A stretch of DNA of 64,000 nucleotides, from NCBI GenBank assembly GCA_977862235.1, contig OZ374560.1, forward strand, positions 2,852,001 to 2,916,000, written 5' to 3'. Shown piece by piece: positions 1 through 11,699 of the stretch; position 1 is the first letter of the stretch, and each line of letters starts with the position of its first letter. Made by a program: the position numbers and the translations under genes. The notes under the pieces were generated by a model. The model was not told where the DNA came from, did not search any database, and saw only the letters and a list, made by a program, of their open reading frames with translations. Origin of the DNA: Dudresnaya verticillata (taxonomy: Eukaryota).

Positions 1-185
1 CCGATGATATGTTTCGCTATCCATTCCAATTGAGTGACTGAAGGAAAGATGCTTGTGAATCTTAAACGAGGCACCGACAACTTCACTACTAACTCGGTTC
101 AGCTGCTCCGGTTTGATTACTACAACAGTCAAAACGGCAGGGTTAGACTATTTCACGACTGGTCTAGTTACAGTCTCCCCGATAA

Positions 186-1180
186 CTACGATGCCGGATT
201 ATCGCGGATCACAAACAACGACTTATAACTGTACCCCTCCTCTCCCTGTTTTCGGGAATCGTGTGCTTTCCATCTAGGTAGTCATACGTTGCAATAGCCT
301 CAAGCTGCCCTTTTTCTGACATGTACTGACGTTGTTGATAGACTTCCCATTTGTCTTTAAGGTAGGTTTCGTAACCGTCTGCAGCGCTTCCAATATTATC
401 AAAAGTTGCGTGGAGAGAGTTCTTCCATTTACCGGAATACAGAATAGGCCTGAAACCGTATCTACTACCACGTTGCTGTTCTTGAGTTTATGTCTCATTG
501 TGTATTCAATACCATAGATACGAGAATTGCTCGTGACCTGAAATTCCATCGCGTGGTAAGAAGACTCTGTGCTCCCCTCATCTGTAGGGTCCCCAACGGT
601 TCTGCCTTTAATCGTATCGCTCGGAAGATGGGCTGTATCCCCGTTCCAAATGTACGGAAAGTCCAGCTCAATGTCGAGGTCCGATTCATGCACTATGAGC
701 ATGTTGATGGTAGCTATTGCTCCCAATATGAAAATAACAGCCACCGGATGCTTCAGTAGAGACTTTGTCAGTTTCTTAACAGCTTTTTTAAAGCCCTTGC
801 CGACGGCTTTTCTAGAAACTGATGCTGCAGTCTCAACGCTGTCCCCCGCTATCATACGTTTCGTGAATGTCGACATCAACTTAAATCCAGCCCGTACGCA
901 TGTATTTGTCAACTCCCATACATCTTTGGACACATTTCCGTCCAATTCCTTGAACGCTTTAGAGAAAGCGTACCAAACGTCTTGGCGATATTAGCAACCT
1001 GTTCGGCAAGAACAGATTTTCCCAGCACAAATACACCAAGCCTGAACAACGCATCTGGAATTCGAACAACGCATCTGGAATTCCAACGGAAACCATATAC
1101 GAAAGAGGTATGTTGAAAACGACCGTATCACTAATGCCATTGGTTTCGATATACGTTAATGCAGGTTCTATATCATCAAA
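186..1180 (-). pseudogene. Decayed gene for an unknown protein with a predicted transmembrane helix
   Basis: 223-aa ORF 274-945 has hydrophobic PVAVIFILGAIATINMLIV. Protein-like sequence continues in shifted frames (NSLHATFDN...TYDYLDGKH; YSYKSLFVIRD*). A perfect 20-bp tandem duplication at 1044-1083 shifts the upstream frame. Confidence 0.45.
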
Positions 1181-2282
1181 GGCTTGTGTGATGTTATGCT
1201 ATGATCATGTGACGTGATAATCAAGAAATTAGCCAAACCACTTTTGCTAGAGGAAGTAGGGCTATGTGACGCCACAGCTACCATCCCCATCGAATGACAT
1301 ATATATTTAATAGAACGGGGTGACTAGTACTATCAACCTTTCTTTAGGAAACATGCTCTTCCTAGGGAAAGATTCGTGGTGGATCAACAGATATTGAGTC
1401 CCCCTTTACTGTTTTGCATGTTCGTACATGTGTGTAGGAGAGTGCGTGTTGCATCGAGACGTGTTTTCATTGGTCACGATTGGGGTCTTAGGTACCGTTC
1501 TGAAATGCTACTGGTAGGCTTTCAAAGCGATAAAAAAAGTTCCGAAAATCCACCAGTAATGACACGGCGGGGGCTTTGACACTGAGGGAAGCATCACTTT
1601 AACCAAGGCGTACCAGGAGGTCCCATCAGGGGACGAGACTACGACGAAGGACTGAGGTGCTGAGACGGAGCTGACGGTTCACAGCAAGGGCTACATGTTG
1701 GAGCACAACCAAAACTAGACGAGATGGAGACCTTATGCACTAGACGAGTGAGGAGAGAATTCTTCTCAACAAGCGGATTCGAGCCCTTCTTGCCCGTGAA
1801 AAAGCCAGTAAGTGTTTGCAGTCCAGAATGAAAGCTGATTCCAACTAGACTGTAGATCTACCGGTAGATATTCACTACTAACGGATGAATGGTGATGCCA
1901 TGAACAGGGCAAATATCATGATAGTGGCCGCCCTTAGCACGCTCGCGAGCGGCAAGGGCCTGCCCAGAAACAACGCCAGACGAGCTTGAATGAGAATGAG
2001 GACGGACTTATGATGGAAACGTCGAACGCTTGTGGATGTGAAGCAAAAGTCGGATCATCAATTAACAAATCGAGACGGTAGGGGTCATGATCGGGATGCG
2101 TCGGGATAGGAAAAACGCGACGCCCGCTGGGGCGTATCTACGGGTCGGAGTGCGGAGGGGAATGGGACATGAGCGGAAAGCTGGCTATATACTAGCGACG
2201 CCCCGCCGCGGTAACTGGATCACGAGACTAAGACAGAGAGCCGTCGGATCTGACGGGAAGTATTAACAAGTAGTTTACTATT

Positions 2283-3389
2283 CTACTGGTGATGTAGCAC
2301 GAGCGTTGGGCCGGACTCATCCCAAGTCATCCTTTCCAGCGCTCTTTCTACACAGTTGAAGGTGAAGCTTACTCTCTCATAAATCCTTTCAAACTCCAGG
2401 CACAATTCATCGGGAATGTCCAAATCGAGTGGATCGCGAGGGTCAGGAATACCGTCAAGTGGTGGAGGAGGTATCGTCCCGTTGTGAACATTTTGCGTTG
2501 CGGTTCCAGACCTAGAATAACTGTAGCTGCTTTGGCTTGTCGATGTTTCCGGGCTTGGTTCGTGTTCGAAGGAACTTCTTTCCTCTGATGTGGTGGATGT
2601 ACTCGTGGCTTCGCCCTCAGTCGAAGACCGAGAGCTGCAAAAGCGCACAAGCTGGTCGCTAAATTCAAGACCTCCTCGTACAGCTCTTCCGTATATACTC
2701 ATAAAGCCGTGGAGTTCATCGTGCTGGCACTGCTCGTTCCAGAATGATGATTGCTGCTGGTTTAGGGCATCTGCCATCCTTCCAGGATTAACAAAACCGT
2801 GTTGAATAGACAAAACCTCACCAACATGGATAGTGCCGCGACATAGCGGGCAAGGAATATATGAATAGTCCTTCTCCCGCATATAGTTTAGAATGCAGTG
2901 CACATGGAACACGTTGGGGCAATTTGGGCACTTGACTGTACACATTGGATACATTGGATCGGTGCAAATTGTGCATTCATCGAACATGTTTCCAACGAGT
3001 TCAGATTCCACCAACTGAGAAACCTTGGTGTACTTCAACTCACTTAGGGCTGCGATAGCACTCAAAATCAATCTATGACGAGTTTGCATCTGCCAACAAA
3101 CGTACCAAAACTTCCTTGAGTACGTCTGAAAAGGCATCCGAAGCTGTTGAATTCTTCTCAACCCCTCACTGGCAAGGTTGGCGACTTCGCTTGAGTTTGG
3201 TGACATAGCGCAAAAAGTGGTTTCTAGTCCAGACCTTATGCTAAGCTTTCTGTGGAACGGTTTCTGTTGTTGCCTTTCGAGGAAGCCAGTCGTCTTGGGT
3301 AGGGTTGAAAACTTTGAGAGCGGTGAGAAGTGGCGCTCCTCACCGGAAGAACCACTCCCCAACCACTTATATGCCTTTCTATTTTGCAT
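2283..3389 (-). CDS. RING/PHD-like zinc-finger protein (C4HC3 spacing), 368 aa, start uncertain
   Basis: CTIC-x11-CPNC-x4-H-x2-C-x14-CPLCRG followed by a Ser/Thr-rich tail; ATG-initiated uninterrupted ORF. Confidence 0.7.
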   Translation of the reverse strand: MQNRKAYKWLGSGSSGEERHFSPLSKFSTLPKTTGFLERQQQKPFHRKLSIRSGLETTFCAMSPNSSEVANLASEGLRRIQQLRMPFQTYSRKFWYVCWQMQTRHRLILSAIAALSELKYTKVSQLVESELVGNMFDECTICTDPMYPMCTVKCPNCPNVFHVHCILNYMREKDYSYIPCPLCRGTIHVGEVLSIQHGFVNPGRMADALNQQQSSFWNEQCQHDELHGFMSIYGRAVRGGLEFSDQLVRFCSSRSSTEGEATSTSTTSEERSSFEHEPSPETSTSQSSYSYSRSGTATQNVHNGTIPPPPLDGIPDPRDPLDLDIPDELCLEFERIYERVSFTFNCVERALERMTWDESGPTLVLHHQ

Positions 3390-6300
3390 GGCCGACGAGC
3401 TTCATAGGAAAGTATTTCTGGTGACAATATATACCCGTTCCAATAAAGTTATATATTGTCACAAGAGAGTCTAATGTGAAAAGATTTTCTATCCCATAGC
3501 TCGCACATACTACCAAACGCTAAGAGCAATTTTCCCTCTCCATGGACAGTTCTCTACGGTCGGTGCAGCTAACTTATGATGTTATCATCGGTGTTCTCGG
3601 GATAGTGATGACTCAATTTTTTTATGGGTTGTTTAAGGTGGTCCTACGCGGGCGACACGGGCCCGTTAGCAGGCACACCAGCCCTGGGGGGCGAGTAACA
3701 TTACTTGGTATCTTTACAGAGCGCACTGCAATGTATGTAACTGGATCGGGGTGGGATGAGGGGGGCGATAGGGTCCCGGGGGCCGGGAAAGCAGTCGCGC
3801 AGAGATTTCGAATGGCACGGATGGGTGGTCGCGATAGCAGCAAGATCAACAGTGGTCGGTTTGGCCTTTGACACTTGCGCAGGGCTGGTAAGTGAGAACG
3901 GAGTGTTGCGAGGTGTGATGGGCTTTTCCGTGGGATAGAGAAGGTGCAAAGTGGATGGAATGTGGTCGTTCTCTCGTTCTTGTGACAGCGCCTAAATTTG
4001 TGAAGTTATTGAATGGTTTCACGGACACATTTTGTCCTTGCCTTTACTCACCGGTATCATCTAAGCTACTCGGAACTGGTTCCGGGAACATCCCTACGCG
4101 CATAAAGCATTCCGAAGGAGCAAAGAAGACGACCATCCAAGGCGCGACTGCTGCACCTGTAATACCGGTTCTTCTGTGTTGCACTGCTTCTCGCGAGTTG
4201 GCTCGCGGACCTGTTCGTTCTTCAGTACAGACGCCTTTTTTTACTAGAGCTCCCAGCTTCCGCTCTATTTATGCTCTCAACTCACTGGTACTCTTCCAAT
4301 CTACGTCGTTGTTTCAAATGCAGCGGTCCCTCTAAATGCAAATAGTAAATGCTAACTCGACGGCAAAGCGTCCTATATATATGTCATCTGTCTTCCGCCA
4401 TGGCATGAGTCAATTCATTTCCGGCTCGATTACCTTCTCCAACGTGCATAGCTGTGTAGCTTAGCCAACATCAATTCACGATTCATCCTATTTTCTAACA
4501 CACCGATAGTTGTCGAAGGGAGTGAGGGTTTTGCTACGATTATTCTCGTAGCTACGTCAGAACAAGAGATAACAAGAGATTCGTCGCAGTAAGTTCCGAA
4601 TGGAACGGCGAAACTCCACAGGTTGACTTTCTTTGGGAGCTGCAACAGGATGCTCAAAGAGAACAATGCGGTTGCTGTGGAAGGGATGCGCCATAACCGG
4701 CAGATTTACTTGCAACTATGTCAACTTGCTGGTTTCGAGGATTGGGCGTTGTTGCGTGCATCTTTATTGCTCCAGGACGTGGGAAGCTGAACACAGCTGC
4801 AGTGCTCATGGCTCTCTTGTTCTTTAATAAAGGTCCCCATCTCTCTCCTCTTCCCTCTCTCTCATGGCAAATATCTTCCAAGGAGCTATCAGTGCTGGAC
4901 CTGGTTCCCGTGCTGGTCCACAACCAGCGCCAAATTGCGTCAGGTGCTACTAATAGCGTTTCATCGAATGCTGTGTGGCGACCCCGGCAGCTACGCTGTC
5001 TGCGCTATCCGCCCGTGAGCCGTGGCAGAATCTTCTCTTGAAGCTGTACGCGTGGTCGTTAGTCGTCTTTCCGGCTTTCATCGAGCTATAATACGCGCGC
5101 CCAACTGATGTTATCGCGCGCTGGGCGCCACCCTCCTTCTTAGAGTTGCTAGTTGACGAGCTGTCGGGTTACTAATAGGCCAATCTGCTTTTCACAATGT
5201 GCGTACTGGACATCTACGGACGTCCGCTGAACCAACGCCGTCGGTATTGCGCGGATTGTGAACAGTTGTGCATACCTGGTGTCGAAGTTGGCCACAGCCG
5301 GCGAAACGTACAAGCGGTCCCCCATCTACTGCCTCGTATCGTTGCGTATCGGGAGAAGCGAGCCCCCTTTGGCTATATTGTCCACTAACACCGATGTCTC
5401 CACCGACAGGCATCGGAAATGTCAAAGTTCCAGCTAGCGCGGGGTGGAAGCAAGGCGGCACGAGGCGAGGCTCACAATGTTTGCATGGCCGCTCACCGCC
5501 TCGATCGCGCAGTATCCCTGCACCGTGCTCACGCCTCCCTCGCCCACGGCATCCGTCTCGCTGCGCTGCTCTGCACCCGCATGGATGGCCTCACCGCGGC
5601 GATGGATGTGGGGCACGGTGCACCTCTCACGCAAGGTGCTGGGAGAGGGTACGCCGGGCTCGCAGAACGCGCCGGGGATTCACCGTGGCGGCGGGGTGGG
5701 GCTGTTCAACTGCAGCTTGGACGACCGCGTGGCGCTCCGATGCGTCTACTGCGTCGAGTACGGCGACGCGCAAATACCGGAAGACACCGGGGGAGGCAGC
5801 GTGCCGTGTGTGTTCGAGCTGTCCGCCCCTGCCGGGGTTCGCGCACGGGGTAGCACACCGCGTGCGACAGGCACTGTTTGGGACTCCGGCCGCACCGGTA
5901 ACGGAAAAAGCGTTCTTCGAATCACTTGTCGATCGACTACGATGACGATACGTTCAGTGACGGCGGGATGCTATCCACAAGGGCTGCAGGCAATAACATC
6001 GCAAACACAAATGCAATAAGCAGCATGTTGCACCAATTCTCTCCCCTTCGGCAATAGGTATTGCAATATACAATGTCACTGCAACAACAATTGCAATTGT
6101 AATTACGAGCCCGACAGCCCTGGCACTAACGGCAAAGCGGTTCACTCCCACTCCTTCCCATCGCCCTTCCACGTCTTCTGCTTGCCATACACGAACCCCG
6201 CCGCGTACGGTGGATTGCTGCCGGCTTCGCAGACAATGCGTCCGGGCCTTTTCCTGCACCAGCAAGTCGCGATGCCGGACATCCGTTCGCCCCAGGCGTG

Positions 6301-6593
6301 ACTTACGCACTCTGTGTTATGCTCCCGTACCAGCCGCCCTTCACAGCTCCCCAGTCTCGCAAAATCAATGAAGTAGGTGCGGTGCACAGGCCGTGCGCCG
6401 TTGTGCGTCATGGAAGAAGCAGCAGGTGGAAGGGATGGGATGGGCGAGGGCCATCGAGAAAAGAAGGCGGCGCACCGAATATGTAATACCTATTGTGTCG
6501 TCATGAGCTGCGTCGCAATAATGATTGCTGCAGGCAGTAAACGATGAGATATATTAAACGGCAACGACAAACGTATACTATGGACCAACTCAA

Positions 6594-9500
6594 CTAGTGA
6601 CTTTCTAGTTTCTGGAGTAGTGTGATTGCGGCTCGTTGAGCAAAATCCTCGTTCGACTCTTCACGGTCATTCCGAATACCAACAAACGAGCTTAAACGCC
6701 CGGCCAAGTCAGCAATTTTCGTTGATGGCGATTGACTCCGTCGTTCGTACGTGAAAAACCCTCTCCTCCTGAAAAGATCGTTATTCTCTCCATGGAAAAC
6801 ATCCATCGCCTTCTGACATTCTTCGACCGAGAGTTTGTAGAACAACGGGAAAATCAACGGAGGTTTCTCGCCTCTTCCAACCGCCTCATCCGTCCGCTTG
6901 AAGAATTCTTCCAACTCTAGCATAGGCCACTTGCGAGCCAGGAACTCTGGTGACAGTATGAATATTGCAGCTCTGCTCCCTCGAATTGCAGCCATAATTT
7001 GGTCCTTATTCGTCTTTGTGGATACCTCGAGGCTTTTCTCATCTAAGAAACAACTGACCTTTGTGCCCATTGCATTCATTACCGGCACGGCGAGGCACCC
7101 CTTCTCGCTCCCTGCGTGGCTGATAAATACATCGAAAGGTCTTGCAGCTAGTCGCACGTCAACAGGCCGCGGACCTGAGCCCGCACTTGCTCCTTTGAGG
7201 ATGTGCGGCTTCAATCGCTTGAAAGTCCAAAGCTGCTCGCAAACGCAAGTGCCTTCTGCTCGGTCCAGTGGCTGGCACTGCGTACTTGTTACCCAACTCC
7301 GACGGATACCCAACTGCACGCTACTGGAACTTCCACACCCCCCCGCGCAATTCCTTAGGGCAGTCGGTGATCAGATAGTCTTTCCAGCTTGCATTGGTCC
7401 CATGCAGTGGTCCCTTCAAAAAAATTTCCACGCCCCGCAAACACTGGTGCGCAACCTGCACTGCTTCATCGGCATCCGCCCTTATAGTCCAGTCGATCCA
7501 TCTCTTTTCTGGAATAAAGCGAACCACGACTCTACATGCTCCCGCAAGGGCCAGGATGACGGCATCTTGACGAAGCTCGGGCGGTTTTGTCCGCTCTATT
7601 CCAATGGTTCGGTGAAGGTACGCGATCAGTGACCCTGTCAGACTTGGCGGAATGGTATCAACAAACTCTGTTCGCAAAATTAGTTCACTCTCTCCGTCCT
7701 TTGTGTCACACGAGAACCCTTCCCAACCCTTTGGAAGCAGTGAAGGTATCCCGATTAGCTCGTTCTGTTCACCGTCCGCTCTTTCCACAGCCTGAAGGCG
7801 CATGATGATGTCAAATTGACAAAGAATGTCAAGCATGACTTTTCGGACAGCCGATGGGTATTTACACCACAGTACCTCCAGTGCTTCACGGGGTATCAAC
7901 CCATTCCGATAACCGTCTGCTTCATGCTTTCCCAGAGTCTGTAAAGTCCTTTCAAACTCTTTCGCTTCTTCTTCACCCAGTCTTTCTCGCATAAACTCAG
8001 CCGGGCCCGTGACCTGCCGAATAAAGTCCAGAATAACTGTTGGATCTGGGAACACGAACCATCCCTCGCCCGTCTGCACTTCTACGATATGGCCCTGCTG
8101 ACTCTGGAATTGGACGCATTTCTCAACGTCGGCTTCTCTCTCCTCCTTGTCACTAGAGAATCCGGGAAGTCTGGCAGCATGGCTCTGAACTTCTGTCATT
8201 ACCAGAAAGACTTTTTGGCTTTCAGTGGCGTGCGACAAAATGGTTTCCCTGAGGGCAGCCCACCGAACTGGAACCTCTTCCCTTCCGTCCAGAATGTCTT
8301 CACTCGCTTCCTTGATAAACTTCTCTAGTTCCACAACGCCTGACCCGGCACGGTCTTGTTCAGCACTGCTGTTCTTGTTCTCGATGGCAACCCACCGACA
8401 CTTGTATTTGTCGACATCGCCCTTCTCACGTACCCAATCATTGTAGACAGCCCTTCCAAGATGCTTTCGCAGTTTTTGTCGCAGCTGCTGAAACAAGTCT
8501 TCAGGGCTTTCAACTTCTGCCTTCCTGGTTCCCACCAGGATCACCCAAACGTTTTTCGGGGTTTGCGAAGACGTATGTGCCATTTGCATCCAGTTGCATA
8601 GTTCCAACACTTCGTCCTCTTGGGTGACTTCTGACGCAAACCTTTTCAGGTCTACCACGAAAACAAAAATGGAAGCGCGGCGGATGAAGATTGCGGGAAC
8701 ACTGAGGTACTCTGCCTGACCCCCAAGGTCCCAGCATTGCACCAACGCAGCTCGATTATCCGCAGGTAATGGGTTACTCATGAGCCCTTGCCGTGCTGCT
8801 TCCCAAATGGGAGACGATAGGGAGTTTAAAGACTGCGAAGCAGCAATACTGGGCGGAGCTGGTGGTTGTTGAGCAGTGGTATGGCTGCTTGCCAATGTGT
8901 CTCCACTCTGGGGAACGGTCCTCTTGGTCGGAGGAGCTCGGTTGAGCGAAGTGGGGGGTTTAAGGTGCAATCTTGCGGTGGATTTTTCACTCGGCCGCGA
9001 TGGTGCATCAGTTGCAGTTGGGAGAAACGCCGATCCAGCTCGAAAGGAGCCGGCATCGGATGCACTTGCTGTAGATGACGTTGGTCGTTCCGTTGGCGTG
9101 GGTACCTCTTGAATCTCGGACCGTGACATGAGGGCATGGAAGGCCTCGCTGTTGAAGGCGAGCTGGTCGACAATGTCATCGTCCAACTTGGGGCCGTCCG
9201 GGACGACAAGAGTGCGACTCAGCGACACAAAGTGTGTCGGCTGGTGGGTGGCAACGAAGGGCATGGAGCGCAGGCTCCTTACCGTGCTTGTCTTGCCGCG
9301 TGCCGCACCGCCGAGAACAAGAAGAAAGCACTGCCGTGGCTTTGCTGTGGCGGTCTTGAGGGTGTTTTCAACAAGTGTGCTGGTGTCACCGATGCGGTTA
9401 AGAAGGTATTGCAAGTGGCTGCCGAAGAATTCAAGTTCAAAAGGCGTTAGCTGTTGATGCGCTGCTTGTTGATGCAGTTGGGCTGCTGCGTGCTCATCGC

Positions 9501-10671
9501 GAGCAACACCGACATCTCCGCGGCCAAGCAATGTGGCGAGCTCATAGAGTGCGACGCGGGAGCGATGGAGTTCGATTGAGCGTTGGAAGAGGCTCTTCGC
9601 GCGCGGCGGATCGCGCGCGTCTCCGATATGATTGGACAAAAGCGCTTGGCCCAACCAAACCATACACATTGGGGCGCTCTCGTGACCGCTGTCGCAGGCG
9701 CGTTGGAGCAGTTCGACGCCGCGCGGAACGTCTCTCGGAACATCGATTTCGCCGCTCAGCAGCAATTCGCCCAAAACGGCCATTGCGACGACATTTTCGC
9801 CCTCCGCGATGGCGCGGTCGTACAGCGCAGCGGCGCGCGGAGCGTCTTTGGCGACGCCGTCGCCGTTTTCGAGGAGAACGCCCAAATTGACCATTGCGGC
9901 GACATTTTCGCCCTCCGCGATGGCGCGCTCGTACAGCGCAGCGGCGCGTGGAGCGTCTTTGGCGACGCCGTCGCCGTTTGCGAGGAGATCGCCCAAATTG
10001 ACCATTGCGGCGACATCTTCGCCCTCCGCGATGGCGCGGTCGAACAGCGCAGCGGCGCGTGGAGCGTCTTTGGCGACGCCGTCGCCGTTTTCGAGGAGAA
10101 CGCCCAAATTGACCATTGCGGCGACATTTTTGCCCTCCGCGATGGCGCGCTCGAACAGCGCAGCGGCGCGCGGAGCGTCTTTGGCGACGCCGTCGCCATT
10201 TGCGAGGAGAACGCCCAAATTGAGCATTGCCTGCACATCCGCAAACTCTGCAACGGCTCGTTCGTACAGCGCTGCCGCGCGCTTTGTGTCTTTGACAAAA
10301 TGGCGCCATCCTTCAGAGAGATTCCATCCGAGATTGTACAGCGACACCCCGCGCGGATCTCGCGCGTTGGCGCGCTCGACCAGCTCCGCGGCGCGGCGCT
10401 CGTCCTTGGGCACTCCCGCGGCCCCTTCCTTTAGCAACAGTGCAAGGCCATGCCACGCATGGCATGACGCTTCGACACGGCATGTCGCTTTGTCACAGTC
10501 ATCGTCGCCCTCATCAATCGCTCGCTCGAACAAGGCGACGGCTTGCAAAGGTAGAACAGGCCCTCCATCTGAAGCGCCCCAGCACACAAAGGCGAGTGCA
10601 AGCATGTCGTCGACATCGGCATTGTCGTCGATAGCTTGGCGAAGGGCACGGCGCTGCGGTGTGGCATCCAT
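6594..10671 (-). pseudogene. Sel1-repeat/Roc/COR/TIR protein, paralog 1 copy A; +1 frameshift before TIR (G7 tract)
   Basis: First ATG at 10671 (MDATPQ); Sel1 units; P-loop GGAARGKT; WDLGGQ; COR motifs. Frame stops at 7321 and the TIR lies in the separate ORF 6594-7319; C7 at 7338-7344. Confidence 0.85.
9767..10290 (-). repeat. 111-bp coding tandem repeat (Sel1 units), paralog 1 copy A
   Basis: GACCATTGCGGCGACAT recurs at 9889, 10000 and 10111 (period 111 bp = 37 aa). Confidence 0.95.
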
Positions 10672-10766
10672 GTCGGCAGGAGCGGGCGGTCGAGCCGGTG
10701 GAGACGGTTGGAGATGGGATGGTTGGGGTGTGTGTGTCGGGAGCGAGTGCGCCAAGCGCACGGCGC

Positions 10767-10773
10767 TATTTAT
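10767..10773 (-). promoter_or_regulatory. Candidate TATA-like box (ATAAATA) ~95 bp upstream of the receptor ATG
   Basis: Isolated AT run in GC-rich flank, present upstream of all three copies (also ~18936, ~30629). Function is inference. Confidence 0.35.
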
Positions 10774-11699
10774 GCCGCGATGAAAGTTGCGAGTGGGACG
10801 GCGGGAGGTGTTGCATCGCGGCGTGTGTGGCGGTCCCAGAGCGTGCAGCAGGCGACTTGCTGGCGGTTGTAGGAAGAGAGGTTCTCGCGGTGCCGCGAGG
10901 TGCCGCGTGGGCGGCTGTGTGCCGCGCGGCGGAGCTGTTTTGCGCGGATGTTGTAAAAGTCGAAAGGCGCGTTGTCACGTCAGAGCAGTGCACGTGTATT
11001 TGGCGCTTGCGCCGATTGGCGCTCTGCGAGATGTTTCGGCCACGCACAAACGTCGTCATCGCTACAGCCCTTACAACAGAGTCGCGAGCCATCCTTCATC
11101 GCTTCGCGAGCTTCGTGCGGAGCAAGACCTGCTCCCCGCGAGCCGACTCCGGCCGTGTCCGGCCATGTTTTTCTGTCGGCGTCCGGCACGCCCGAGGTCT
11201 GAGGTGTTGGACATGAGGCGCTGGCCTAGTGGCCTGTGACGCGGCTACGGAAGTCATCCAACGGGCGGCGCATTGCCGGTTGTTGGCGGAGGCGGTTGTC
11301 GTGTGCTGCGCGACGTGCGATCTCCCATCTCTTTTTGCCACGCAGCAGCCGCGTCTGTATGCCGGCGGATGTTGTAAAAGTCGGCAGGCGCGTCGCGTCG
11401 TTCATCAGCGGCTGTATGCTGCGGATGCGCATCACTGTATTTCTACATCTGCAGCATCTTTGTCCCACCGCAAGTGCACCTCGCACGACAATGACGACAA
11501 ACACAGCTCTCAACGCGACTCTCTCTCTCGATGGAAGCGCACTCGGCGATGCGCTGCCGCCGCCGACCGACCATGCAATGCGCGCGAGGTGTTGTTTCTT
11601 TATTGGTGTGGTCGCATAGCGTCATTCCTTGTTATAAGAATGCTTCGGTAAAAGAACAAGCCTTCCGTCCACCGATCCGGTTCCTTTGAAATCAGCCAG

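Noticed and set aside
5194..6490. Cluster of 60-225 aa ORFs present in three copies
   Set aside because: No recognisable domain; ORF ends differ between copies; conservation is explained by recent duplication.
9767..10290. CRISPR-like array
   Set aside because: 111-bp in-frame coding units with no unique spacers and no cas genes.
10672..10761. N-terminal extension MRLAHS... in the ORF track
   Set aside because: Starts at GTG; in a eukaryotic context the first ATG (MDATPQ) is more plausible.
9542..10783. Long overlapping ORFs (255, 283, 324 aa; likewise 17972-18952)
   Set aside because: Shadow frames of the GC-rich Sel1 repeats.
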